64,000 nt of DNA from assembly GCA_027604505.1 (NCBI GenBank), contig JADIIX010000046.1, positions 1 to 64,000 on the forward strand, given 5' to 3'. The position numbers and the translations under genes are program-made. Origin of the DNA: Gonapodya sp. JEL0774. Its lineage: Eukaryota. The notes below the pieces were generated by a model. That model did not search any database. It was not told the DNA's origin and saw nothing but the letters and a program-made list of their open reading frames with translations. This document shows positions 1 through 13,912 of this stretch, in pieces. Each line of letters starts with the position of its first letter. Position 1 is the stretch's first letter.

Positions 1-651
1 TATTATAATTCAGCGAGAAAGGACTGAGCAAAATTTCCGAAAAAGGGTTCGCACAAGATTGTTGGTATGACTTTAGTACATAAACACCCAGTAACCATCT
101 CACAAGCTTAAGACGAAAACTAAGGAACTGGCATAGCTTGGTGCAGAGAACAGGGGCGCGCGCTCGCAGGTAAGTAGAAGATTCGGTATTCGGCGTGGGT
201 GTGGCTTTCTAGTGGAGAACTGGCCGCTTGAAAGGGGCACTTAGTGTTCAAGATTGGAAGGGAAACGAGCACAATAGGACGGAAGCGAAGAGCTCAGGTC
301 CTGTACGGAAAGGTTCGCGGGGTGTCGAGGTGAAGGCATTGGATGGGAAGCTCCGTCATGCAGGATGTGGAACGCATCACACAACAAGAACGCAGCTCGT
401 TGGAGCCAAGGAACCTGGACGGCAAGTGCAAGCAAGGAAGCACTAACGACGAGTGTCATCAATCCGTTTGGTGTTTTCTGGGCCCAGTCCCTCCGACGTC
501 CGACTCATGACTTGGTTGTGAGCCAGGAAGAATTCCGTTAAACCCAACTCAAAGCTAACCTCAATGCTCGCATTTTGCATTGTTTGTGGGAAACTGCAAT
601 TAACCTGTTGTTCGGGATGCCTCTACTCCTTCTGTATGATTCACAACAGCG

Positions 652-3600
652 ATGAGCATTCGTTCCCAAAACATGTCGGCTTTGCAGCAGCAGAGTAGTG
701 GGGTCAGCGACCGAAGTGGTGGCTTCCGAGGCCTCCTTAGTGCCTTTTCGAGAAGCAAGAAAGATACCCAACCCCCTGCCGCCACATCGAATCCCTCCCG
801 TCACTCGGTTGACAATCAAAGTGAGCAACGGGGTCGCCGGTCTCAAGCTACTTCACAAGCAAACTCTCGGTCAATGTCAGCGGCTCCTGGACCCCAGCGG
901 GAAAAGAGCTTGGGACCTCCTCCGATGAAGACTGAAGTTGCAGCGATCCTCCCACAGGAGTACTTTCAGCCTTATGCAACTGGACCCGCGCCTCCCCACC
1001 ACCCACCTATCCTTGCTGCCGCACCCACCACACGTCCTGCTCGTATGGGGTCCCAACCTCCCCCAATTTCGACGGAGCGTTCTCGTAGCGTTGGAGCAGG
1101 CGGAGCACCTTCCGCACGTTCCGCCAGATCCGCCCACCCTGACGAAGGAGGTGCCGCCATCATATTTTCCGCTGCATCGTTTAGTGCACTGCCGCAGACA
1201 GCGCCAGTGGCTGAACGGGACCGCGACAGAGAACGGGATAGGGACAGACCTAACTACACTGCTCCGATTGTTCGACCGAGGACAAAGTCGGTGGAGCGTG
1301 ACGAGCGAGGTGTGCCACTCCTTTCAGCAGCACCGCTGATGCGGATGAAGTCGAGTGACATGAACGGACTCATGAGGGAATCGGAGCGCGAGCGCGAGCG
1401 CGAGCGGAGAGAGGCCGAACGAGAGCGGGGGGAACGGGAACGGACAGAACGGGAACGTGAACGGGAACGCGAACGAGACAGAGAGAGGGAGAGAGAACGT
1501 GAGCGTGAGAGGGAGAGGGAGAGAGAACGTGAGCGAGAGAGAGATAGAGAGCGAGAACGTGAACGAGAGTCTGAAAAGGAAAGAGATCGGGGTCGTGATG
1601 GAGATCGTGGGGAAGCTACCCTACGACCTGGTGCGCGTTCTTTGCGGCGGACCCCTTCTCGAGCGAGCCAAAAGTCGGTGAGACGTGACGATGCAAGGGA
1701 TTACAGTGACAGCTACCGAGATTCAGGCACAGCCACTCGAGGGCTTCTTGCGCGGCAACAGTCTCAACAGTCTCAATCCAGTGGGAACTTTAATCTGTTG
1801 AACGGTGCACCAAACAACCGCAGAAAGAGTCCAGAACGTGAACCTTCGAAGTCTTTGGGAAAAAGAGCGTCCAAAACCAGCTTGCGGGACCGAGAACGAA
1901 GGAAAGGCGAGCCGGGTGAGCTGTCATTCGGTCGGCGTTTACATAGTTTCAACTCACCACCCGAAACATCAGCCGAACCACCATCTACACGATCTCCTCG
2001 CCAGCGCACTCAGTCGACATCGTCCTCTACCTTTCCTGGCGAACGACAGAATCTTGGTATGCTACCACAAAATATCCTCCCCACTCCTCCTTCCTCTTCA
2101 GCAGGTACTCGCCGGCCCAGCTCGGATCACGATCGAGGTAATGATAGTTTTCACCTTCGAGGCTCCTCACCAGCCCGAAGCGAATCTCGCCGTCGGCCCA
2201 AACCTCCTCCTATACAAATGGATTCCGATTCTTCTTCTTCAATGTCCCCGGCAAGCTTTGAGGAACCTATTAATCCAAAAGCCCCAACTAAACCCCCACC
2301 CCAGTCAATTGACGGTTCTCGAGGTCGCTACAACGAGCAACCAAGTCCCACAGGTGCCGATGCAGGCAGCCCCGTTGTCGGTGCACGTGGAGGATGGTCC
2401 GGATTTGCAGTGGGGGGGGACGTGAGAGGCGAGTGGGATAAGCCTGGCGCTGGGAAGGCTGCTACGCAAAGGGCTGATAAGGTGGGCAAACTTGCCGGAG
2501 ATGGAAGAGACGAAAGGGAAGCAGAGCAAAAGCGCCAAACCGAGCAGTCGCAAAAGATTCGAGCGACGTCATCATCTGCTAGTATGAAACCACCGACGGG
2601 TCCTCGTGTCGGGGTGTCGCATCAACCTCCACCACCCCCAGAACAGCCAGTGGCTGCCCCGACTCCTGCAAACTCCTCACCTCAAGAAGAACCAAACCGC
2701 ATTCGGAAACGACGATCTTTTGCTGAGGCGCTGCGAGCTTTGAATCGTCGTTCCTCGTACATCAGTCCTGCCGATGTTCAGCCACCTGCAGTTCCTACTT
2801 CGCCAGTCTCGAAAACTCCAGAGCCAGAAGAGCGAAGATTGAGATCACAGAGGAGTTTTGTGGACTCGGTCAAGGACGGATTTTCGAAGGTGTTCACGCG
2901 GGAGAGAGGAGGGAGTAGGAGGGGAAGGGAGGGTACGGACACGGAGGATTCGAAGCTGACTGCGTCAGCGACTTCCGACGGAACAGCTATAGCGCAACGC
3001 GTTCCCAGCAGGAGAACGACTATGAGGCGGAATAGAGAATTGGAGGCCTCCAGTGAAGGACAGTACACTTCTGCCTCGGTTGGCGAGTCGCGAAAAGCCA
3101 ACGAACGCAAAGATGTTGATGACTGGGAGAGGGAATCCATCGTCAAGGTAGAACCAGTAAAGCGAGCTCCATCTCAGCGTAAACCAAGCAACAATCCCAG
3201 GGTGGACGAGGAGGCTACGGCTTCGCTGAGCATGGGCGGGTCTACTCAGTTCTTTTCGGAGCTTCTTACACATTTGGATAGCATTGGTCCTCTCACACAG
3301 AATGTTTCAATGGATAACGAGGATCCCGGAAAAACACCTACAGCCGGAACGGTGGCTGCGAAAGCTAGAGATGCTATTCGACCCAAGCAAGAAGCGACGT
3401 CAGTAGCAACGTTTACACAATCCCGTGGTCGGGGATATGATAAGCCATTGGTCCCCCAGCTATCAGTGGAGAAGGCGGATCCTCTTCCGAGGGTGGGTGG
3501 CCGTGTGGACGCGAGTGTGGTGCGAGAGAAGGGTCAGCGAGAAGTACCCAACCGAAATCAAATGCTTGGTGGATATCAATTGATTGAAGATACAGCCCCG

Positions 3601-6288
3601 ATTCCTGGTGATTATGACCCTGAGCACATTCACAGTTCATCGATTTAATCGATTCTTCGTTTAGTGTCAAGAAAGCCTTCTGATGGATATCCCTCAACCA
3701 AACCTGCGATTACCCCTGTTTCCACCACACCAATGCTGTACTCAAATGCTCCGAACTTCCGGCGCTCCGATGGTTCAAACCTATTCGCTCGAACCCGTCA
3801 AACGATTAGCATCACCACATCTCTCAAAGATTCGCCAGCTGCCAATCGACGGAATCAAGCAACGTCCGCAACAAGTACAGAACCTCCCCCTCAAACCTCA
3901 GTTGACTCAACCTCAGACCAAGGCTCAAAAGGAGGGGACCAGCGTAGTGAAGTGGAAAGGCCCGATATCTCCCATGACAAATGGTCCTTGGTTGCTGCTA
4001 CTGAAAGCCGTTCAACTTCGAAGTTTTCAGTTCCCGAAGTTCGATCTGCATCTGTTTCATCTGATTCAAAGGTTGCCCAACCGGTTGGTGTGCAGCCATC
4101 CGTCACACGCCCCGTTGTAGCTAGGGTCTCGACAACTTCGTCCGATCGAGACAGCGTCAGTCAGGAGGATGCCCGTGTACGAGTGCCTTCACGATCGTCA
4201 ACGTTTTCCACGTCTGCCGCGAAAACCCGGCACTCGTCGCTGAATGGTGATTCGCCGGCAAGCTCAATGTCACGGAGCACACTCTCAACGCGTGGATCTG
4301 GAATGATACAACAAGGTCCTCCGCAGGAAGAGGAGACGGAAACTATGGTGAAAGTGGGAGTTGCAGACCTTCGAAGACGGTTCGAAGCTCCTCCAGCGGC
4401 GACCCCTTCACTTGGGGGTACCCCTGTACCGAAATCGAATCAACAGGCAACCGTGGAGCTCACCTCCAAAGACTCTGGCGGTAATCGTGAATCACGGGCA
4501 TCACAACTGGCAAGATCACAGTCAACCAGAGTCATCGAACGAGAACCGTCACTTCGGAGTCAACCAAATGCCGCTATTACTCTCGCAGCAGTTCGGAGCA
4601 CCGGCGCAACTCCAACATCGTCAGTTGCTTCCGCCTCTTATTCGACGAGGTCAGATCGCAGCACTCCCGAACCTGTGAGATCCAGGGAATCTACCATTTC
4701 TCAACAACCTCGAAACTCCGGGACCGACAACTCCTCGTCGAGATCTACAAGCGCAGCCTCGACAGCTCCTGTGCGCGAACCAAGCCGAAGAGGATCGGAT
4801 ACCAGCATTCGGAATCCACCTCCGGGAGCAGTTGCGACTCCCTTCACGATCGCACGCACCGTGTCGCCATTATCCCAACCTCCCCAACCGCGACCTCAAT
4901 CCCGACAGTCGACTTCGCAAATGGCAACTTCACAATCGGCGCCACCGGAGGATGAGTATTATAATGACTGGGAAGATGATGATGAAGATGATCGATCTGA
5001 ATCTGACGTGGAAAGTGTTCTTACGTCGGAGATTGAGGAAGAGGAAGATTCGCCACCCCCGCCACCACCTCCTCAGAAGGACTACCCACCCCCAACTCCC
5101 CAGAAAGATGTCCCACTTCCCACCTCAAAGAAGGACCTTACCGCGCCTTCCGCTGCTCGAGCAGCGTCTCCCGAAACACCTCCTCGCAGTCCCGCGGGTA
5201 GTGATATGGTCAAGTTGTTGAAACAACTCCAGCAGTCGTTACCTGCTGACATGGATGCGGCGAAAGCAGTGGAGGAGGATGCTGCTGAGATGGAGGAGGA
5301 CGAAGATGTTGACATGGACTACTACGGAAATGCTGGAAATGACGACGATGACTCCGACGATGCGGATCGTGAATATGAGGATGACTACGACGATGATCAC
5401 GATGATGTTGTCAGTGACTATTCGAGGGTCCCGGACAGAAAGCCAGGGGGAGACGACGACGACTATATGTCAGACAGTTCCAGCAGACCAGGAACACCTG
5501 AAGAAGTTGTGAGAAGTGGCACTCAGAACTCACGTCGTTCCCCTGTTGGGCACTCAGAGGACTGGCTGAACTTGCTGCAGAGGAAACCTTCGACACACTT
5601 TCAGGACCAGAAGGTTACCCGCCGAATGTCCCAGATGCTGACAAGGAAGCATTCGTCGTACCTCACCTCAAATGGAGCGGTAGATTTCAATGACGAGTCC
5701 ATAGAGGCGCTCAAAAGCCTTGCAAAAGCCGTCACTGAAGGAGAGAGCTATGCTGATTTGAGCTCCGACGCTGGGGATAAATCTGATGGCGAAAACAACA
5801 GCGAAATCCTCCGTCCACGATACCGGACCCTGGTGGGAGGACTCGGCAACAATGCTGGAGAAGGTCCTATCTCGCTGGCTAACGTCCCTTCTTTTGACAA
5901 TTTGCGACGCAGAGGCACACTCTCTGGGAACTCGGAATATCGAAAGTCCATCGTTCGAATGTCTTCGCGTGAAACAATCTCCAGTATGGCCGATTCTCGC
6001 CGACCTGTGCTTGCAGGTCAACAATCTCGGGACGACTTCCGCAAGTCCCTTGTGATGCCTGATTTCGAAGATCTCAAGCGTGGCACGAGTGTCAGCACTC
6101 GGGGTGGTGGTGGCGATAGGAGGTCCTTGTATGGTGCGAAGAGCATCGACAGCATGGCCGCGGCGATGATAGGTGACGACAACGGATCAGAGAGCGGTGG
6201 GGATATTGAACGGACTTCTACTCTCGGAAGAAGGCGATTCCTAAAACGTTACGATAGTATTGTGAGCATGAAGGATGGAGGTCGTTAA
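652..6288 (+). CDS. Very large (~1860 aa) low-complexity, probably disordered hypothetical protein with an Arg/Glu dipeptide tract, Ser/Pro-rich regions and acidic tracts; two exons
   Basis: ORFs 652-3648 and 3664-6288 are in the same frame, separated by one TAA. A 57-nt GT..AG intron (3608-3664, gtgatt...cgtttag) removes the stop and keeps the frame. No globular domain recognised. Confidence 0.75.
1378..1600 (+). repeat. Coding hexanucleotide-type repeat (GAGCGN/GAACGN/GAGAGN) encoding an (ER)n/(DR)n tract
   Basis: Visible purine-rich tandem repeat translating to ERERERERDRERERE... Confidence 0.9.
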
Positions 6289-6582
6289 AATGGCAGTCCA
6301 TGTTTAACGTTGCGTATCGTTGCATGTCAACACCCAGGACATTGATATCTATTTAGACGATTTACATTTTTTATTAGGATGATATAAACGATATCCATGA
6401 TATCCTGCAACATAATATGAATTGAATGCCCATACATTCTCTTTTTACATTTTTGGAAAAGGAGGAGTCTTACATGGCGGACACAGTCAAAATTTACCAT
6501 GTCCATAAACATTGTAGATATCTACGTTGTACATCTAATTCTGACGAGGTGTAATCGTAGTTATGCCCACGGAATCGATCTC

Positions 6583-8123
<1,541 letters not shown>

Positions 8124-8657
8124 CGCGAAACACTTGGAAGGCAGCTGAGTTTGGCTAACATTGCTGACAAATGCTGAAACATGATACATCGAAAAATCAG
8201 ATCCCCAAAAGCACAGATTATGAATTCCAGAATTGATCGAATTTAAATTTTTTTATTTAGTCCGCAAGTACTTCATACGAGCCGTATGGGTGGAGGAACC
8301 CAGATCTTGGTGGGCACACTTCACCCCAGGACTGTACCAGCATAATATGTATATGCTGTGATTTACGGCCCAAGTCATCACTCATACGCAAAGAGCAGCA
8401 CAGCGGGACCGCCTCTGCATGTAGCTTTTCAGTTATGTAAGCGGAGTTTGGTTTCGAATTCTTTTTGTGATCGGCTGTCTGGGCATAGTGGTTGTAGGGC
8501 CGAGCAATTAGTTCAACAGTGTCTCAAGACGGAAGTCGCATAAAGATATGGAATGTGCAACTGTATTGCCAGGCGCCGTGAGAGATTTGTGCTTATTTTC
8601 TTTGGATCTGAAAACTCCCTCTTTAATACCCTGCCGAAACTCATCCTTCTCCATACT

Positions 8658-9436
8658 TCAAACCACAGAGCACTCAAGAGTGCGTGGCATCTGACGCGCG
8701 ATATTTCTGGGACACAGGGGGACGATTTGTTTCATGAAGCTCTCTTCACAACATGGTTGATCAAGGAGATCTCACCTTCCCATCACTTCCACTGACGAGA
8801 GGCTCGCCAACGTCGTTGTCTATTTGCCCAGTCGACGAGGTTATCGGTCAAGAAATGGATGAAGAGGATTTGTACCCAGAATAAAGATACGTTGTCGTTC
8901 GTTCCACGTTCCGTGGCGGTTGAGTTGACGTCAGCAACTCCAGCTGCATCACGAAACGAATGAAGCCCCCCTGAGGTCCACTCACATCCCTCCGCAGCCG
9001 TCACTACACCACTGACACTCGCTGGCTTGTTGAACTTGTCCTCCGAGCTCTGAAGTTGAGCCTGCTCCTTCTCGGCAGAGGTTCGGGCAGGAACTCGTTC
9101 GATCGTGGGAACGCCCGCGGAACCGCCAGTGCCACCTTGGGTCGTCGAGCTTGGCATGACGGAGGACAGAGCTTGACTAGCTTGGGATAAGAGGGATTGG
9201 GGGGTCGGAGTTTGAGCTTGGGAAGAATCGCAATGGGGGAGGTCAGGGTCAGGTATTTTAACAACGGCGGAGCATCTTTGATGCGGTAGATCTTGAGTGT
9301 CACTGGTTGACGCGTCGGATCGGCTCTTACCAGTGGTGTTGCTTGTAGCCATTCTGTCTTTCTGCGCTGTGAACTTGGTGACGGTGCGACGAGGTAAAGG
9401 TCCACTTTGCCGCATGAAGTCCGTCTCCGCTGCCAT
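8658..9436 (-). CDS. Hypothetical Ser/Thr-rich protein; 3' exons uncertain
   Basis: Protein-like frame from MAAETDFMRQ (ATG 9436) within ORF 8783-9577; candidate donors gtatct (~8890) and gtgaga (~8775). No family recognised. Confidence 0.45.
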
Positions 9437-11047
9437 GAATTTCTTGTGAAAACACTCAAATTTAATTAAATATATCACATACCAGTACATACAAACTCTC
9501 ACTCCAAGCATCGATGAGATATAGATGCTTGAAGAGAAAGTACAATCGCGGATAAGTGAAACCCTCGATGGAGTCATGTTCTCCCATGAAACCCGGCCTC
9601 CAACGAATTCTGCTTGTGGATAGTAAATATTTTGATCACCGAACGCTTATCGCCTCCCCCCAGTTGAGAAACAAGTATCGAGGACGGATAACTATATTAC
9701 TGCAGCATGAAATCCCAAATGCAAGCGTTTGCATAATAAGCGACAAGTACGTTACATGAAATGACGCTTCTTTGAGTCATTCCTACTCCTTACACCAAGA
9801 TAGAATATAGCACGGTACAGTGGGCTCTCTCCGATAACCATTCACCTCCGAAGCCATTCTTCCCCGCATAGCCATGGGCGAATCACTCCATTCAAAACGG
9901 CACACCATTTTCTTTTTGGCCTGGAGGGGCGGGGGTGCGCCAGGGCACAAATGCTTCTAGCGTATTTTGTTGTTTCGGTGGTCTATCATGCTCAAGGAAT
10001 CAATGTTTCTCTAAAGCGACTTCAGTAGATGTTTAATCTTTTAGTTCAGACCTTTCCATGGGAAAACTGCGGAACCAGAAGGGAGCTTGGTTCCTGTCTC
10101 AAGGGCCCCGGGCAGACCGATCCGCCGTCCCCGTTTCACGGCAGCAAACTATAACTTTGGTTCTACTATAGCTAACAACTCTGAAAGTCGGGAACAATAA
10201 GCGTCATATCCCAAGCGCAAAGCATCGGAGATGGCTTCTTTTCAGTTGGACTGACAGGGGTCCCAGCGTCATGTCATCGCATGTATATCAATAATATCGT
10301 GGTCGGACGTCGTTCCATCCGGATGACGGAGGAGTCTCGGTTAGTGAGTGGTTAAATCTGAAATGACGTATTCCGGGAGCCTCTTTTTCCAAACAGTGAA
10401 CCGACTGACGTGTAAATAGTAAGAATTATGGATTCGGCAACCACCACCCCACCCAGGCGTCCTCCTCTCGACACCAGACTGGAGTAGATTACGTTATTGA
10501 AATTGGAATCCGAATTTTTTTTCGCATTGTTCATCTGATTTTTTTGCTGAGAGAATAATAATGGTGTCTCGGAGAATCTCTGGTAAACAAAGAAGTTCCT
10601 GAAGGGGCAGGCGGGCAAGAATTCACTCCGGCAATTTGCTTTGACATGACGAACATAATCAAATATTGATGAAATAACACGGCATGAGTCAGAAAAATCC
10701 GCGCGAGTGCTGTCCCATTCGGTATGGTCCCCATTGGGTGATGAAGTCCTTGAGCGAGGTTCGGATATTTTCAATATCAGCAAGGTCCTTGTTTGACGCT
10801 TGACCCCTCCCCCAGCTGCCATTGGGATTCGGCTTAAGATTATTCTGAGAAAATCTTGCGTCTTGCGTAATTTGATTGCCTTCGCAGGCGGAAAGAGAGA
10901 TTTTCGGTTCGGTGCTTTCCAATACCGATAATATTGGTGATGTTGTGGTGGTGCCTGCGATGCCTGAGCTGCCTATGGAGTCACAGACTCAGTCCCCAAA
11001 AACTCCATGGGAAATACCCGCATCGATTCCGAAATCGAAGAATTTCC

Positions 11048-12646
11048 ATGTATACCCTAGACAGCTTCCCGTCTCAGCCGCCGCGCTTTTCACACTGTGA
11101 AGCCCAATCCGAGACGCGGCCTGTGACGGAGTTTGACAGGTCCTTCCGCTTGATCTCCTCCCCTTTCTCCGGAAACGCCAGTTCCCGCATCTTTGAGGAG
11201 AACATGGTTGCTTATATGGATATCTTGTTGGAGAGTGAGGTGGGATATTTGGTCGATGTCTTGTTCCGCGTGACTCGTCTGTGCACCCGTTTCCTTGGGA
11301 TGCTGAAACACCCGCTTTCCCGTGTCACTGACCCTTAATAAAATGCACACAATTGCATGGATCTCATTGAACAGGAATTGCGCCTTCCCGTTCCAAACCA
11401 CATGTTGCACCAGCCGCAGTTGTCCGAAGACAGTGAGTTGTCGGAAGAAAGCGCACACTGCCCTGAGTCACACCTCTTTCCTTTATTGCATCCTTACTCC
11501 AAAAGTGCGCTTCAAACTTGTTCAGTGGCTTCTAGGTGCGTTTCGGGTGAATTAAATTCGCGCTCGGCGGATGATTGACAGATCCCTGACCGATTTGCAG
11601 ATGTCGCGCGGGAGTTTCAGTTGCAGAGGCAGACATCCGCTCTCGCTGTATCGACTTTGGACAGATATCTCAGTCGAAGACGAGTTCCCCGTGGTGACTT
11701 GTGAGTACTGGGTTTGCAATCGTCTGTTGACCCTACTGGGTCGGAAGGACGGTACATTGACGAAAGTCTCCGGTGGAAATAGGCAACTTCTCGGCATTGT
11801 GTCTCTCTTTGTCGCTTCCAAGTACGAAGAGACGCCAAGCTTCAATCTCACCATACCCATCATGGACCGTCTTTGTTGCTCGCATTATGCACTGGACGAC
11901 TTCACCGAAATGGAACGGCGCATCCTATCGGTTCTCGACTTTGACATGGAGTACAAGGGACCAGGAGACTTTTTGGATTGCCTTGGCGAAATATCTCCCA
12001 TCACTAACGCGAATGGACTGTTGCGACGTGAAAGCAGCACCTTCGCACCACAATCACCCGCACTCTTCACAAAGGAAGCCGCCGACCACTTCCGTCACAC
12101 CTCATACCAATACCAAATGGATGCAGCATACTTGCCGGCGAACATCACCGCCGGTGAATGCGCACGCTTTATCGGACCCCTCTCGGCACCTGTTTTGGCA
12201 GTTGCTCACCAACTCGTCGAAGCATCCATGCTGGACTCGCGATTTTCTTGCCTTCGGCCCTCGAGGGTAGCCTTTGCTTCTGTGCTGGCTGCAGACACTT
12301 TACTCGAACAGAATGGCTTCACAGAGGCTGCAGTGAGTTCCAAATGCTCAGTTGGTCCGTCCGGAACATCTGCATCGTTTAAATTTCGCCAAACTGCTTT
12401 CCCCGCCCCTCCGTCAGCGCGGTCACCGCCTCTACACCATCCTTCTCTTTGATCGAACACTGGGTGACGTCGCACAGGTTCTCGCACAAGTCGGTGCCGC
12501 GTTCGTTTCCCCAGTTCCCCCTACCTCGTCTCAGGAAATTTCAATGCATGAAGTGGCACGATAATTATTGGCGCAGTAAGGGAGAGCTGTTCGAAAGTAC
12601 CGATAGGTGGTCATGTTTTCCTTCCATCAGAGGCCCGTCACATTGA
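11048..12646 (+). CDS. Cyclin (A/B-type cyclin box), multi-exon; both ends uncertain
   Basis: Spliced translation gives HQPQLSED|MRFKLVQWLL|DVAREFQLQRQTSALAVSTLDRYLSRR...L|QLLGIVSLFVASKYEE...FTEMERRILSVLDFDM, matching the MRAILVDWL and LQLVG..ASKYEE cyclin-box motifs. Confidence 0.85.
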
Positions 12647-13912
12647 GCTTGATATGGAACTTGTCACTTGCTTAATCCGGGAAGCATCACCCGGAGATAT
12701 AATGCATCTTAATGTCTCATGCATGTAAGATAGTTTAGACTAATTACACAAACACGCATCTTTGTCCGCAAGCATTTGACCGCTGATGCAAACACCCATG
12801 TTCATACCGGAATACGTGCTCACCACAGTTCAGAGTGTTGATTTACTGCTCTTGGCGAGTCCTTTGAAATCCGCTCCGCCCTCTCATCTAGGTTCCTTGA
12901 TCATGCTGTCCGATCCGGCGCACCCGATGTGTTTGCACCCGTCCATGAACCTCGTGTAATTTTGGTGACGGGTGCTACCAGCAACGGTAGTATGGATCTG
13001 CGCTCTGTGTCACAGGGGACGAAGCATACGCTTCGGTGCCTTGTACCATGAGTTTAACGTGCTCATCGGAAGACTCTCAATTCTTCTACCGAGATTCATT
13101 CACACCTCTCTGGTGCAGTGGGTTGCGGCAGAGGAATAGTGAATATTTCCGAAAGAACCGCTGCCAACCGTGCGTTGAATGCTATGGCGGTCTGAGAAAA
13201 TTTTAACAAACGTAACATGCTGTTCGTGGACATCTAGTGGATCTTCTTTCCAGCGAGCACGTAAGTTGACCTCGTGTTCTCCAACGTTTGATTGAAGTTC
13301 GGACCGGTAAGAGACCCGCGAAAATCTTTCTGTTATGGCGTACTATAATCGGTTTCAAGATCTTGAAACTCCAGCGTAGAGTCGTACAGCATAGTATCAT
13401 CAGTACAATCGGGCGCCAGGGTTGAACCCAAATCCCGGCCCCAGCATGTTGCCGAACAAAAATCGAATCAATTGACTGCGTGTGAGATAAGCCATGGAGA
13501 TGAAGAAAGATTACCACAGTAACAGTAAGGAATCGAAGTAGTCGGGACTATTTTGCCATTTTGTTGAGTGGTACACCTCTATTTTCATGCCCTGGCTCTC
13601 CAAATCGTCACTCTCTGGTCCAAACATAAAGCAAGTAAGCACACTTGTAGTCTGCAAAGTACAAAAAAAAAAAAAAATGGCGCTACGATCCACTTCGCTG
13701 CATTGAAGCCGGCCATGAGGCAATCTCCATCCGAAATTCTGCTTTTCTGTCTTGCTCCATCCGGCATCATTGATCCACTGTTCCATTCTCTACGTAAATC
13801 TCAGCCCAGTTGAACATTTGATCCACCACCCGGTGGTGCGAGCACCCTGAAGCGATAAGAATGTAAATACAATGAACAACATTTCACCAACCCACGTCAA
13901 GAGCATCTAAAC

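Noticed and set aside
3646..3648. Stop-codon readthrough or recoding between the two giant ORFs
   Set aside because: A GT-AG intron explains the stop more simply, and TAA ends other genes in the window.
9760..10930. Short ORFs and GC-rich patches as a possible gene or ncRNA
   Set aside because: No recognisable protein motif, tRNA cloverleaf or snRNA signature.
12903..13260. Fragment RVILVTGATSNG resembling a short-chain dehydrogenase N-terminus
   Set aside because: No convincing downstream SDR motifs (NAG, YxxxK) could be assembled; at most a relic.
13663..13677. A15 homopolymer as a possible retroelement tail
   Set aside because: No target-site duplication or reverse-transcriptase remnant seen nearby.
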